Below are positions 23,650 to 37,620 of a stretch of 64,000 nt of DNA, piece after piece; position 1 is the first letter of the stretch; every line of letters begins with the position of its first letter. Under the pieces are notes generated by a model that was given only the letters and a program-made list of their open reading frames with translations, did not search any database and was not told where the DNA came from. Made by a program: the position numbers and the translations under genes. The DNA is from Eledone cirrhosa (Eukaryota): assembly GCA_964016885.1 (NCBI GenBank), contig OZ024740.1, positions 86,676,001 to 86,740,000 of the forward strand. Reading direction: 5' to 3'.

Positions 23650-23828
23650 CTGTTTCTACTTTTGGCACAAGGCCAGCAATTACCCAGTGCATTACTGGTA
23701 CTTTATTTTATCGTAAGGATGAAAGGCAAAGTTAACCACGGCGGGATTTGAACTCAGAATGGCAAGGGCCGTAACTCTATGCGTCAAAGAATGGCGTCCG
23801 ACCCTCTACCGATACTGCCAATCCACCA
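23650..23828 (-). mobile_element. tRNA-derived SINE (family S1)
   Basis: Near reverse complement of 33846-34027, with B-box gagttcaaatcc. Confidence 0.85.
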
Positions 23829-25078
23829 ACACTATGTATACAGTATATATAGCAAAATAATTGACAGGTAATACAAAACAGCTTGTTATTTTACTACACT
23901 TTCAAAAGTCTCGGATATAACACAAGAATCTTATTTAAAGACATTGCTTCTATACAAAATGCGTAGGCAATGAAATCAACTTCCAAATGATATCAACTAA
24001 CAAAATAAATAAATATATATATTGAAATGAATATAAGATATAAGAAAAGAAAAGGAGTGGCTTCTAAATATTACAAATTAAATTAATGTCTAGATAAATA
24101 CCCATATATGTAAATAAACGGTTAATATATTTAAAACTTATTATGAATGCTATGCGAAACAATAGATAAAACGAAATACTTATCTAAATGTGAGAGATGG
24201 AATACCGCAAAACAAAAAAGAATGTCAGTCGACTATCCTTGGTCAAAATTGCTAGAAAAACATAAATGATGGCTCTGAAAATCCCTATAATTTTAATTTA
24301 AATATTTTTAAAGTAAGGATCCATGGCAGATATGAAATCTTATTATGATACTACATGTAAAGCCAGTCAATAAAACAGTTATGTCACTAAACAAATAAGA
24401 TGCTTGAAATTCTGAAACGTATACTTTAAAATGTTCTGTTTACAGTGAATATCTCCAAACTATATTGAATTTGCAGTTACAGTGATTAAACGATATTGTC
24501 GCTTATGCAAAAGAGATCACTCTTAACTGTCAAAATTTCACTATATTCAAACTTCATTCGCCCAAAAGTACTCCCAAAATTAGACTATCATTCATCGCTT
24601 TTTACATAAACATATAAAACAAATAGAACATAATTTAAAATGTCCGCTTTTACATCCAAAATAAGTACATGATTTACGTTTAAAATTTAGAGTTGCCAGT
24701 AAAATATATTTTTTCTTACTGAATTGTAAAATTTATCATAAGATCTCCAACAAGGTGTTAGGATTCTTTCTCAAATTCCAACACTCTTATCTAAGCAGTT
24801 GTCATAGAAACCCAACAAATAAATGCAGATTTACCTAATGACTAATAAAATACTTAAAGACGTAGAGTAATCCTGAGATAATTTTGTAATATATTTTAAA
24901 AAGAAAGAAAAGAAGAGAAAGATGAGAAATAACAAGTGAAACAATCAAACTAAACCAATATATAACCAAACATTTCAGAAACATAATTCGGAGAAAAAAA
25001 ATTAATTCATATTTAAAATTTTAGAACCCAGTAACGTCGATGCAATACAGTTCGTAATCCGTTAAGAATATTAAATAA

Positions 25079-25134
<56 letters not shown>

Positions 25135-25327
25135 CAAACGTTCCTAACGTGCATAATATACATGACGTATGTGGGATTTTATACACCTTACCTCGGCAAA
25201 TTAATATCCATTTTATGCTGATATTAATAACATAATGTTTTTTTCTTCGTTTCCGCACGCGCACACACACACATACATGTCTATGTATGTGTATATATAT
25301 ATATATATATACACATATATATATATA

Positions 25328-25475
25328 TTTATTAAAATAACAGATTAAAGTTTAAGCAAAGAATCGTTGCTTTCACCCTTAACGGGATCTTTGCTCTACG
25401 GTTCTTATATATTTGATATATATTTATCCTTACCCCTCTTTGGATTTTAGTCTTCAAATGTATTATTATTACTAT
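25328..25475. mobile_element. Family B insert with twin-priming-type inversion in (TA)n
   Basis: The hammerhead-side segment is inverted (25328-25390) and joined to the downstream tail in forward orientation (25391-25475). The collinear arrangement is seen at 4668-4826. Confidence 0.75.
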
Positions 25476-25538
25476 ATATATATATACATACATAGATTTA
25501 TGTAAACATATACAGAGATAGATAGATAGATAGATAAA

Positions 25539-27859
25539 TTTCTTTATTAGCCACAAGGACACAAAAGAAGGGGACAAATACAAATGGGGAGTTTACATAC
25601 AGGTATATGAAAATAAAACTATTAATAAAATAACAAATAACAATTGAAATCCCCAATAGGGGGAGGCGTTACACGGGTTGTACACACCCCGAAAATGTAC
25701 AATCCTCATCTCCAAGAGCACCAAGAGTGAGTACTACCTTCCTCTTTTTCCTCAACCTACAGGCTTATATAGAGAGAAGGCCCAACCACTCGGGCCATCT
25801 TTGCCACATTCACCCACCTTTTATAACATTTACTGGGGTACAGCACCTCTCTCCATCCTGATTCTTCTTCCAAAATGATATTTGAAAAAACGAATCAGTT
25901 GTTCGCCGGAGAGAAACGTGTTTGACCTCAGCCCTTTTAACCTGGTTCACCATATAACCTCTTTCACCATAGACATAACACATAGGAAAACCGCCTCTCC
26001 CTCGTTTTTGAAGGAGGGTGGCGGTTTGATCATGACAATGGAGTCGGTGGTCAACTGGATCGGTCCCACCCGCGACAATAGTCGTTCTACATAGCCCCAC
26101 AGGTCGGTAACGCCCGGGCGTTGTACAAATGCGCACGCATCTCGGACAGATCTTTTTCGAAGGGTCCCTGCCTGGGCACCCGTGTCTGTAGAGCTTGTCT
26201 CGAACTGGTAGAGCTCCTCGGTAGCACTGCCAGGCCAGCGACTTTTGGAAGTTGTCCATTGGTCCCGGGCGGAAGGTCCTACCGAACAGACTGGCCAGTT
26301 CGTCCTCCTCTACGCCTAGAGTTTCTCCGAGCGCGTCGTCGAAGTGGAGTCTCCACTGATCGCCGGGTCCGTTTGTCAGACGACTGTGAGCGCCTGAGCA
26401 CATTCGATGTGCTAATCGCCCATTTTCTTCGGTCTTTGCTTGACCCAGGACTGCAGCTCGGTCAGCGAGACTAGTCGTGGGAAGGCTCGCCTCACGAACG
26501 GAGCCCACACCGGTTGTCCGATGTGGAGGTGCCGCAGCCTGAACGCGTGTTTGCGCATCGTCAGCCACGGCATCCCCAGCCCTCCCTTTGAAGGGTGTTG
26601 GAAGCAGATGGATCTTCTCATCAAAGGAGCCCTTTTCTTCCAAAGGAATTGGAAGAGCGTGCTCACCATTTTGGTGAGCGTTTTGGCTGGACAAGGCACG
26701 ACGGTCAAGCGGTAGTAGATGACGACGCTATAAAAATTTTCGCCACCTCCGTTCGACCTTTCAAGGATAGTTTGCACTCAGCCCACTTCTGGGTGAGCGC
26801 AAATACCTTGGCCGTCACCTCGTTCCAGTTCTTCTCCACCTGGAGGTCCGGACCAAACCAGACCCCGAGCAGTTTTACCGGTCCTTCCGTCCAGCGTCCG
26901 ACGACGCCATCGGAAGGCATCGGTTTGCCTCTCCACGTTCCGAGTTGCAAACCGACGGATTTGTCCCGGTTCAGCTTCGTTCTTGTGAACCTTTCGTATT
27001 CCTCCAGTAAGGTGCCGACCTGCCCGATTTGCGAGGTGCTCGACACCATTACTGTCACGTCGTCGGCGTAGGCCGACGCCGCTTTTCGTAGTCCCGGTTC
27101 CAAAGGGATGCCCTGCAATAGCTCCAACTTCCGCAGTAGTAGCTCGAGAGTCAGTACGTACAGAAGGGAGGAGAGAGGGCATCTCTGTCGGATGGATCGC
27201 GTGATATGGAACGGCTCCGAGAGGTAGCTGTTCACCTTGACCCTTGAGCAGATGTTGCTGCTGTGCATTGCAGCAATCCAGCCCCTGAACACGGATCCGA
27301 AGCCTGCCGCCTCGAGCATCGCATCCAGGTAACGATGGTCAACCCTATCGAAAGCCTTAGACTGATCCAAGTTGATCAGGGCCCCACCGAAGCCGGGTTT
27401 ACACCCTACCCTCTCTATGATGGAACGCATGAGGTGGAGGTTGTTGTGTATGGACCTGGTCGGGATTGCGCATGTCTGCGCTTCTCCCACCAGGTTTTCG
27501 ACGACAAGCGCCAGCCTCTTTGCCAACACCTTGGCCAAAATCTGTAACTCTGTGTTTAGCAGAGCTATGGGCCGGAAGTTGCCTATGTTAGCCCCCTTAT
27601 TCTTGTCCTTCCTGACTAACGTGACTACGCCCTTGATCACAGAACTGGGAATTCTCCTGTTCTGCTGTCAGTTGCAGTAGACAGCTTCCAGGAGACCGGA
27701 GAACAAGTCCGGCATTGCTACGTAAATTTGTAGGGTAGACCGTCGAGACCTGGAGATTTGAGTTTGCCGCATTGGCTCAGCGCGTTCCCTATCTCAGCGG
27801 CCGAAATCGGCTTTCGCAGAACTTCACCTCGCCGTCCGAGAGTCGCGCTAGGCCGTCGA

Positions 27860-27860
<1 letters not shown>
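25539..27860 (-). mobile_element. 5'-truncated decayed copy of the sister Tx1 family in (GATA)n
   Basis: RT motifs RPIALLN, DQSKAFD and YADD in ORF 26705-27640, with frameshifts. (GATA)n lies on both flanks (about 25517-25536 and 27861-27937). Confidence 0.92.
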
Positions 27861-27938
<78 letters not shown>

Positions 27939-28102
27939 TTAAGAATGGCTTTCCGAAGCAGGCTGGAAAGATTTCTCATTTAAATAAGATACTGAATAGA
28001 TTTAGTAGAGACGATACAAATTGATTTCATCTAGAAATTACTTCTACAGGACTAGAACTGTTTCATTCCTTTAATTCTAGTCCTGTAGAAGTCATTTCTA
28101 TA

Positions 28103-28199
<97 letters not shown>

Positions 28200-28699
28200 A
28201 AGAGAGAGATGGGTGGATAGATAGATAGATAGATACACATACACCCCACATACACACACCCACACAAACACACATATTGCTCGGGGTAAGAATAAGATTG
28301 AGGAAAGCTACTGTTGCTTGTTGCTTTGTTACTTACCTTCTAGGGTTTCTTATTATTGGATTAACAGAAAAGATTAACCAAGAAGTATTGTGCAGTTTGG
28401 TAATCTCTTATCTCAAACACAAACTCCTCTATTTCATAAACCAGCAAGCAAACGTTAATGTGATAGCTCGATCTAGCCGAAATAGTAGCAAAATCTCACT
28501 GAAATAAAATCCTATTAGTGCAAAAAGGGGAAGTAGACATTGTTTACAGGTCTGCTCAGTTCTTTGAGGACATTTGTATGAATTTAATAAAAGATGCTTG
28601 TCATGAAAGAAGAGCTTTGACATGAATAATCTTGAGACTCTTCTTGATGCATCTACGCAATGAATTTATGAGTACACTAGTACAAGCCATTAAGCGTTG

Positions 28700-29200
28700 A
28701 CATGCTCGAATCAGATGATCTTTATCTATGTTGGACCATGTGCTAATATGGTGGACATCAGACATTTTATTGTGTTATGGGTGTATTTATTGACTCCTTT
28801 CTTGACTACGCTTTGTACATATAACCTTCAGATCTGGAGAGCTACGAGACCATATGTTTCAATTCTTGGGTCATCTTGGCCATATGAGACGGTACAAGTT
28901 TTGTTGGTAGTTATACGGTCTTCAGTTGCTCACGTTCTCTATCCAAGGTTTCAGAACTCTCTCCAATACCTCCTCATAGTCAGCAGCATTGACCCTGAAG
29001 CTCTGAAGAAAGAAATGAAAATGCTTGATATATCCCTTGTTGTTCACAATACCCAGAACCTTCACAGCTCCCGGCAAGCTTGTATAACCGTTGGAACGTC
29101 TTTAGGTTCTCTGCATAACCATTTGTCATTCCTTCGGTGGACCTTTTGGTCCTAATCAAAGGTTTTCTTATCAGAGAAAAAACAAAAGCATTCCAGGCTC
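28700..29200 (-). pseudogene. Decayed Tc1/mariner-superfamily transposase fragment (maT/DD37D-like)
   Basis: Minus-strand pieces VLGIVNNKG, RVNAADYEEVLERVLKPWIENVS..RPY..QQ, H.AK.TQE and SSPDL. No TIRs identified. Confidence 0.5.
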
Positions 29201-31110
29201 TAGATGTTTCAAACTGCTCAACAGTACGCAAGGCGCCGTTCAAACGGTTATCTTTTTTTCTTTGCAGATATGAATTGAGCTCTCCGCATCACATATGAAT
29301 TGTATCGAAGGTTCTCCTGCACAATTCTTCGTATAGTGTGCCTTGAAAGCTAGAAATCCTTAGCAATGGCACTAGCTGATTTTCTGAGATTCTTATCGAA
29401 AATTATTTGCATCTTTCATACAAATGTGGGTGCTCTTGGGATATTAGGACCCTTAGCAGGAATTTTTCTATCACTACTGCTGTTTATGACGTTTGATAAC
29501 AAAGGACCGTTCAACTTTCAGGGCACGAGCAGTCTCTAAATCACTCTGCCCTGCCTTTAAGGCAATAATTATAGTGTGCCTTTTCATTTGCTGAGTTTCC
29601 TTGATGTCTTATCATTTATCTGAAAAGAAATGATAATCAGAAAAAAAAAACGTTAGCAAACGTGTATTGTAGATCTAAAGACATTATGACTGAACAAAAT
29701 ATGACATGATGATCACATCTGGAATGCCTGTGTTTCTGTGATCGTAGATATGTTAAGTCAGGCATGGAGCAGTAACAATTATTCCAAAACAGAAATATGA
29801 AGGATTACATTAAATGAATAAATAGAAAGAACGAATGATTTGTTTTAAAAACGAATGTGCTATAAAAATGGTTAGAAACATGTAGCTTATTTTTAAAGTG
29901 ACAATTAGATTAATAATAATAGTTTAAAGAATAGACAACATAGTATAATATTATATAATCATTAATATTTGCGATTGAAACAGAGTAGACCGTAATTTAA
30001 GGCTAATTACTCAATACGTCATCTAGAATGAATATATTTTCATTTATCATATTAATGTCTATTACAAAGTTAGTTATACAAGAGTCATTAATGTATAAAT
30101 AGAAATAAATTCATAAATGAAAAAAAGGGAAGCACGAAACTGCCAGGTGACAGTAGAATAACTAATTTCGAAACAATAACAATAGAATGCCTGTATCTCA
30201 ACAAAGTAAAAATATTGTAATGAGTGTAGCCTTTCCAGTTATCAAAGGGCTTATCTGGAATCGTCGCCAACATTGCTAAATCCTCTTCAATTTAACTTCA
30301 ATAATTCTGTTTCTTTAAAATTCGTTTTGTTGTCAGGTAAGGTTCAATCTGCCACTAGCACCATATAACTCAATGCGACATGTTTCATGGTTGGTTGGCT
30401 GATTGGTTGACCACTAAACTTCACTCGCCACTCAGGTTACTAGAAGACCAGTGTATGTAGGTACCCAGAATATAATATATCAAAGATCAGAAGAACTTCT
30501 TTACAGCGTAGCCCGGGTCCTTTTATAGCTGGAGAGAAGATAAATGCTAGCTTGTTATCTGACTATAGAAACACACATTGCTGTATACCTACGGCATATC
30601 ATTACGGAATGGATTTCGAATGAATGGATTATATACATTTCATTATTCTCCAATTCCTGTAGATCCTCTATATTCAAAAATATTTTGTCATTAATATAGG
30701 TAAAATTTTACTAATCTGCTTCCCTCACAAAAGAAAAATGAGATGAACACCTCTTAAGCCCCTTTGATGATAGGTATATTTAATCAGTGCTGACTAAAAG
30801 CTGACTAGCAACAACAATATTTAGACATGACTGGATGTACACTCACATGTCAGACTCAAACCTCATCAACGCCAACGTGCTAAATATTTCTTTATATCTA
30901 TCTGGGTGCTGATCCCAAGGGTTTCTCCTGAATATTCGACTGTCATTTTGTTTATTTATTGATGATTTGGCCTGAAAGAAGAGGTCGTGTCAATAAATCT
31001 TTGCAAGACTTCTGAGTGGTGAATGGATGTGGTTGATGTCCTTCTTGATCACTGTTAGAAAAAGCTTTGCCAATGAGGGAATTCCAATAGTTGGTGTATG
31101 TATGTATGTT

Positions 31111-34100
31111 CTTCTGGTTTTATAATTTCACAAATGTTTTTCCCAATAGAGAGAAAGACGGTTTCTAACATAGACACAAGACTCTCTCATTGGAATTTAC
31201 ACATCACTGAGGTAGATATGTATGCATGCATGCATGTGTAGATATGGATGTTATTGTATGTGTGGATGTGTATGTTTTGAGTTGTATGTGTGCATGTGTA
31301 TATGCTTTGTATCTGTACATGTGTATATGCAGTTATTAGATGCAACACTTTTGGAATGTTTTACATATTTTTATTGTTCCAGTAATGGATTGTACTTGAA
31401 ATTTCCTACTTAGTTGAGTTTTTCTGTTCCTGTGAAGCCTAGCTTCTCAAGATTTGTATTGAGGCAGTTACTAACATACACCAGTGCCCCAATAATCACA
31501 GGCATAAATCTGAAGGTGTAATCAGGGTGGAGTATCTGCAGATTTCTCATCAGTCCTGCATAAATATTCTCCTTTTCGCAAATCTTTGATATTATATTGG
31601 CATCTACTGGGCAGCTAATTTCCACTACTGTGCATGATTTCTTCTCCCTGTCCCATATCATAATATCTGGTCTGTTATGCCTGCATTTTATTGGGGTTTT
31701 TACTGGAACATTCCACCAGTACACTTCCATATTATGTACATGGATGTCTTCCACATTGCTGTAGCTTTTAATGTGTTTATTATCGGGGCTATCTTTTTTA
31801 CGAACTGCATTGTTCAGTGTTTTGGCCACTACATCATGCCTCATAGGTAGATAGTACGGCGATGACATCTTTGGACAGCTGCTGATGACATAGGTGATAT
31901 CCTCGATGTTAGTTCTGCAGAGTCTGCACTTGTTATCACATCTAGGTGTTTTGCCTGCATCCCTATCTCTTTTGTGAATAAGGTATTTCGTGTTAATCTC
32001 TTGTTCTTGGATTGCAAAGGCGTATCCTTCAAAGTGGGAGCCAATGTAGCGGTAGTTGGTCCAAGATAGACTACTTTCCTTATCTATATTACTCTCACTT
32101 CTATATTACTCTCAGCTTCCTGGCAACATATCCATGCATGAATTTTTGCTGATAAGCATGCAGTTTCTCATCCATCGAATCACTGCGATACTGCTGAGCG
32201 ACTTCCCTGGGTGTGAGTTTTTGATTATCACACAGGGAATATCTCTCGAGGAGTTCCTTCCCAACTCTCATGATCTTATCTGTTTCATGCAGATAGACTT
32301 GCTCGAGAGACGGGCTCCTACGCTTCGAGGCTCGTAGATGTTGTCGGAGAGATATGATGCGACATTCAAATGCTGTCGGGACTGATGTTAGGCCTCGGAC
32401 TCCCTGCTTACGTTTCAAGTAAAGGCGGTCTATGTCACTGTTGATGTGGACGTTTCCGGTGTTGTTTAGTACTTTTCCAGTTCCAACATCAACTCCTCGG
32501 ATTTCATCTATCGTCCAATTGAGTATTCCAAACGTTGGTGTTAGGACAAGCACAGCAAACGCATTGTGAGCCACTGTTTTGTTTTGCGCAGAGAGTTCCG
32601 ATGACCAAATCTTTCTTAATCGGGTGTAGTAGTCCCTGGTTACAAATACCATTATATTACAAATACCATTATAGGATATGTTCTCATCTATCCCCAGTTA
32701 CCTGTAGCAGTCCTCATTAGATATCCGTGAAACAGTTAGGCCATTGATGACAATGTTGCTAGATTGGGTTGTTGTTTTTCCCCGATTTACAGTCATGTAT
32801 AAGCATTTATCTTGGCCAAACTCCATTCCTATATCCTTTGATAACGTTGTAACCTGGTCAAGATTTTTCTTCATCCCACCCGTGTTCTTGGCATAGAGTT
32901 TCAGATCGTCTACAAAGAAATTATGGGTTAGGTTCGTATTTCTGTCCTCCTGTGAGCCAATGATGTATCCCTCACATTTCTTGAGCAGAAAGGACAAGGG
33001 GTTTAATGACAAGATGAATATCACAGAGAGACTGTCCCCCTGAAATATACCCCTGCGATATTTTATTTTATCAGTGAAAATAGAGTCCTCCCTCTCTGTC
33101 TTTAACCTTAGGATAGTAGCCCAAGAAGAAGACAGCCTCTCTATGGCTCTGACAATAATGTCTGGGACTTTAGCAAGTCGGAGGGCCTCTATCATCCAAG
33201 AGTGGGGAACAGAATCGAAAGCTTTCCTGTAGTCCAGCCAGACTGTAGCCATATTCCTCCTAAGTTGTCGCACCTCTGACATCGCAGTTTTGTTGATTAG
33301 GAGTTGTTCAGAACATTCCCAAACCCCTTTCTTTCCAGCTGCTTGTTCATCTGTAATGATATTTTTTTCACAGTCATATTGGAGGAATAGGTTCAGGCAG
33401 GCTGTATACGTCTTATACATCAGGTTCTGGCATGCAATGGGTCGGTAGTTTTTTGCCAAGAGGGTGTCTTTGTTCTTGGGGACCAGTAATGTTTGTGCTA
33501 ATTTCAACCATTCTGGTATAAGTGTATCTCCCTTAAGAACTTGTTGGTAGAGGTCAGTAATACCTCCGATAGAATATCAGTTTTTTGTACCAGTAGCCGA
33601 GAATCATGTCTCTTCCTGGTGTTTTCTTATCTTGGAGTTTTCCTATCACAGTCTCAAGGGTACCCTCACTTATTTCGCATGTTTTTGTTGTAGTGTAGGA
33701 GCAATAGTTCTTTCGGATTTCTCTTAGCCACACTGCATCTTGGTTGAAATTCTTCTTTTCACCCCATATTTTGCTCCAAGAGGAATCTATGCCTTTCTGG
33801 GATGGGGCCTCAATGACACTTATGTTGTTCTTCAGGGCGGTGTATTGGCAGTATCAGTAGAGGGTCAGACGCCTTGCTTTGACGCATAGAGTTACGGCCC
33901 TTGCCATTCTGAGTTCAAATCCCGCCGAGGTTAACTTTGCCTTTCATCCTTACGGGGTCGATAAAATAAAGTACCAGTAATGTACTGGGTAATTGCTGGC
34001 CTTGTGCCAATAGTAGAAACAATTATTTTGTTCTTCATATCTCTATAGACTGATGTTTGGTTTCGTCTGTATCTTTTATTAAGCACTTTCTCCTCTCATC

Positions 34101-34590
34101 TACCTTCATTAGGAATCGGCGTTTTTCACTAACAGCTCTCAATTCTTGTTTGAGGGTGATCAGCTTATATTGAAGAGTTCTGGTTCTACTGTTACCAAAC
34201 ATAGTCTCTATTTTATTTTTCACTCTTTGTTGGTGAGGAGTGAGGTTTTTTTTGGTGTTTCTTTGCATGTAAGGAGCATTGTCACATATCCTATGGTTTT
34301 TCGTAGGTCAGCAATCTTTTTTTCTATTTTAGTTATATATGATGGTATTTTTGGTTATGTTCTGTTCTTGTTAAGATCTCTGCTGTCACCAAGACAATTC
34401 TTCACTGTCGTTGATAAGGCATATAAACAGGCGTTGATTTGCCAAAATTTTTGTGTTTTTATCCGTCGTAAATATTCATCCCCTATTTGTCAATAACACG
34501 TAATATTTCATTATTTGGTTTTTTTTATTAAACATTGTCGTTTTAATACGTTCAGCAAGAGAGATATTTATACATGAATTAATTTCTTTC
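31111..34590 (-). mobile_element. Decayed R4/Dong-clade non-LTR retrotransposon (RT plus restriction-like endonuclease), flanked by (TACA)n
   Basis: NYRPIAC, DYRKAFDSVPH, GIFQGDSLS and FFVDD; CRLC...C; RHD and RPDIMIWD...VVEISCP. Multiple frameshifts. (TGTA)n at 34591-34672 and about 31096-31110. Confidence 0.9.
33846..34027 (+). mobile_element. tRNA-derived SINE (family S1) nested in the R4 element
   Basis: B-box gagttcaaatcc at 33911. Near identical to 56120-56281 and to the reverse complement of 23650-23828. Confidence 0.85.
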
Positions 34591-34672
34591 TGTATGTATG
34601 TATGTATGTATGTATGTATGTATGTATGTATGTATGTATGTATGTATGTATGTATGTATGTATGTATGTATG

Positions 34673-35267
34673 TCAGGTCACCAGTTGGTGCTACTGGTAA
34701 CATGTATCCCAGTACAACCTGTTTCATGGTCGGGTCGTTGGCGACTAAACTGGCAACCCCACCAAGTTTTCTTGGTGAGGAGGGTGACTTTGGACATCCT
34801 GCAGGACTAAAAACAAAACCTGTCAAAGGGCAAAGGAGCTCTTAAGAGTCAATGGCCATCCAAAATCACCGGAGAGATGACCCCTTAGCCTTTGTTAAGG
34901 AGAAGGAAAACTCTGATATAACACCTGCAACCCTGATGGTATCCAATGATGTTGACTTGTTCTTCTTTTTGGTAAATATCATCTTGGTTAAGAGAAAGGG
35001 ACTGGCTTTGTGCAGTACCTTTGCTCACTATAAAAGCTTCACGGCACAGGCATTGCTTTATATCTGGAGATCTCTCTGCACTTGTCGTCACATGGTACCA
35101 TGGGCCCAGCACTGTGTGTCAATAATTGTCACAGGTGTAGTGTTTGTACCAGAGTTTTCAAGTTGCTGGCTGGACTCAAAATTCACACTCGTTCAGCGCA
35201 TCGGTAGGGGTTCTCCTACATGGATATAAAGTAGTGGCCATACTCGAAAACGAGTTGGCAGCCACCA
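34673..35267 (+). mobile_element. Insert between two (TGTA)n tracts, probably the 5' UTR of an RTE-type LINE
   Basis: GC-richer block bounded by (TGTA)n on both sides. The motifs gactaaactggcaacccc and gatgacccc resemble RTE 5' regions. No convincing ORF. Confidence 0.35.
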
Positions 35268-35339
35268 TGTATGTATGTATGTATGTATGTATGTATGTAT
35301 GTATGTATGTATGTATGTATGTTTGTATGTATGTATTTA

Positions 35340-37620
35340 TCTTCATTCCCAAGCGTGAAACCTATAAGATTGTTCGTCTTGTGTTAACCCTAGCCAGCAA
35401 CAAATCGGACATAACCAATAATGAGATTAACATCAAACTTATGGCTAGGCAGACTATCATTGAATTCAACGGAGCACTCTGGACTAGAACAGATAGAACA
35501 GACAACTTTGACATTACGATGGGCTCAAGTGACTCCGCGCAAATCACCGATTTAGTTGGAATTTACCTATTACATAACATCAGAGCCGAAATCTAACCCT
35601 TGAAAGGCGGAATATACAGGGATGACGCCCTGTTTGCAGTCCACAATTGCACTAATCGGGGCATCGATTTGCTAAAAAAACAATTACATAGATTCTTTAA
35701 AAATAACGATCTCTCTATCACCATCGAGCCGAACCATAAAGTAGTAAACTTCCTAGACGTCACCCTGGATCTCAACAATAACCTATATTACCCTTACCAT
35801 AAACCAGGTGAAATACTAACATATATTAGCCCACACTCTAACCACCCACCGGCAGTCATCAGAGCAGTAATCAAATCTATCTCGTATAGGATCTCAATGC
35901 TATCAGCAAATGAGGAGATATTTATAAACCATGCACAATATTATAATAAGGCTCTTTCTGAATCTGGTTATGAACAATCAATTTATTACATACCTAAATG
36001 CCATAACACAGCAATTCACCATAATAAACTTAACACTAGAACTAGAAATACCTTAGCATATAGCCAGATTTGCCGGAATTTTAGCAGTAACAGCACCTAT
36101 ACAGGGAAGTTTAATGGTAGCAGCGGCCTGCTCCCCACTCCAAGCAGCAAACTAAAAATCAACCCTAGAATAGGAATGAGAAATGGGATGACAAATAACA
36201 AATCCCCAGGTAATAATAACCATAGGAAGGCCCCTACCAACTCTACTAGAACCTCTAGAAGGAATTGACCTAGAAATATCACCTGGCTTAACCCCCCATT
36301 CTCATCTAATCTAGCCACTAATATCCCCAAACGCTTCTTCTCTATCCTATCTAAACATTTCCCCCCCAACCATAGATATTACAAACTTTTTAATAAAAAT
36401 AACATTAAAATCTCATTCTCCATAACACCTAACCTAGCTATCCACATCGCAATCAGTAACCATCATAAACTAAGACATTATAACTTCCACACCGCGGTAC
36501 CACCACCCCTATCAAATACACCACGCCACTACACCAATAATTACTCTAGTAGCACACCTCCCCCATCTAATCCTTCTAGCACTGACCTACCGCTTAGGTT
36601 AAACTACCCTACTCTCACTAACCGCAGAAGCAACTGCAACTGCAGTTACCCCCAATGCATGCCCATTAAATGGACACTGCCTGACACCCAACATAGTCTA
36701 TAGGTGCACGGTTAAAACTGCTTCAAATACCAGCTCTTATATCGGGTCTACCTCTAACCCTTTTAAGGTACGCTATAACGCGCACTCTTTTTCCTTCCAA
36801 GATCCTAGCAACAGATGTTTGACATCGCTAGCTAGGCTCATTAAAAACCTTAAATTATACAACGTTCAACACTCACTAAAATGGGATATCGTGGCTAGGG
36901 CCCAACCGTTCAATGGACGAAGAAAATCTTGTGATCTCTGTATTACAGAAGCATATTACATAACTCTATCACGACCTCTACCGATTAACGATAGAACGGA
37001 GGAAACTATTAGCTGTCAACATCGAAGGGCTAATTCCTTCGCCAATAGAATATTTGACCCAACTTAGTCATCTAGCCCCATTTTTACTTGTAGCTAATAA
37101 GTTAAATAGCTATGAACAACTTAGATAATTATAAGTTACCTCCCCTACATTGTCTGTCAATTAAAAAATTTAAAAATTAGCACTTAACTATAAATACCCA
37201 CAATTTCTAATCTCTCGAGGAGTTACTTCCCCTGAAACCACCCTCTAATTAGTAAGGTAAATATGTCCTTTGGCAGCCATCTTGTTACCCATAGGCAGAT
37301 CTCACGCAATGCAGACTCGACAGATGAATACTGCTTGATTATGGCTGACAACTGATGCAACCAAGACACCATAGTGAAAAACCAATATATGGAACATTAT
37401 ATTATGTAACATTCTCTCATTATTTTAATTTATATTCCTTTGAAGTTCCGATGAGCCGCTCTCTCTTTTAAATATGTTAATTATTTTCAACTGAACCAAA
37501 TCAATTATGATATATAGTCATCTGATCCAGAAATATTATATGGAGTAGCGAAACAATTGTAAACGGACATTATTATTATTAATATTATTATTATTATTAT
37601 TCTCTACATTCCTTACATCA
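35340..37620 (+). mobile_element. 5'-truncated PLE (YRDD type, probably Hydra clade): RT, GIY-YIG and 3' UTR with hammerhead
   Basis: FDITMGSSDSAQITDLVG, GGIYRDD, VNFLDVTLDL, SNHPP, WLNPPFS, PLNGHCLTPNIVYRC...YIGST...RYNAH, CDLCITEAYYI and SCQHRR. A few stops and frameshifts. Ends near a (TTA)n run. Confidence 0.9.
37445..37564 (+). ncRNA. Hammerhead with CCGATGA core and long stem II, in the PLE 3' UTR
   Basis: gtt CCGATGA gccgctct...ggagtagc GAAA caattg TA aac. Confidence 0.7.

Noticed and set aside
24814-24829. gttgtcatagaaac resembling an RFX X-box
   Set aside because: A single degenerate motif with no gene or promoter context.
28337-28498. Minus-strand 162-bp segment bounded by ttatttcag and gtaagt, like an exon
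   Set aside because: All three frames contain stops and no partner exons were found. A non-coding exon cannot be excluded without RNA-seq.
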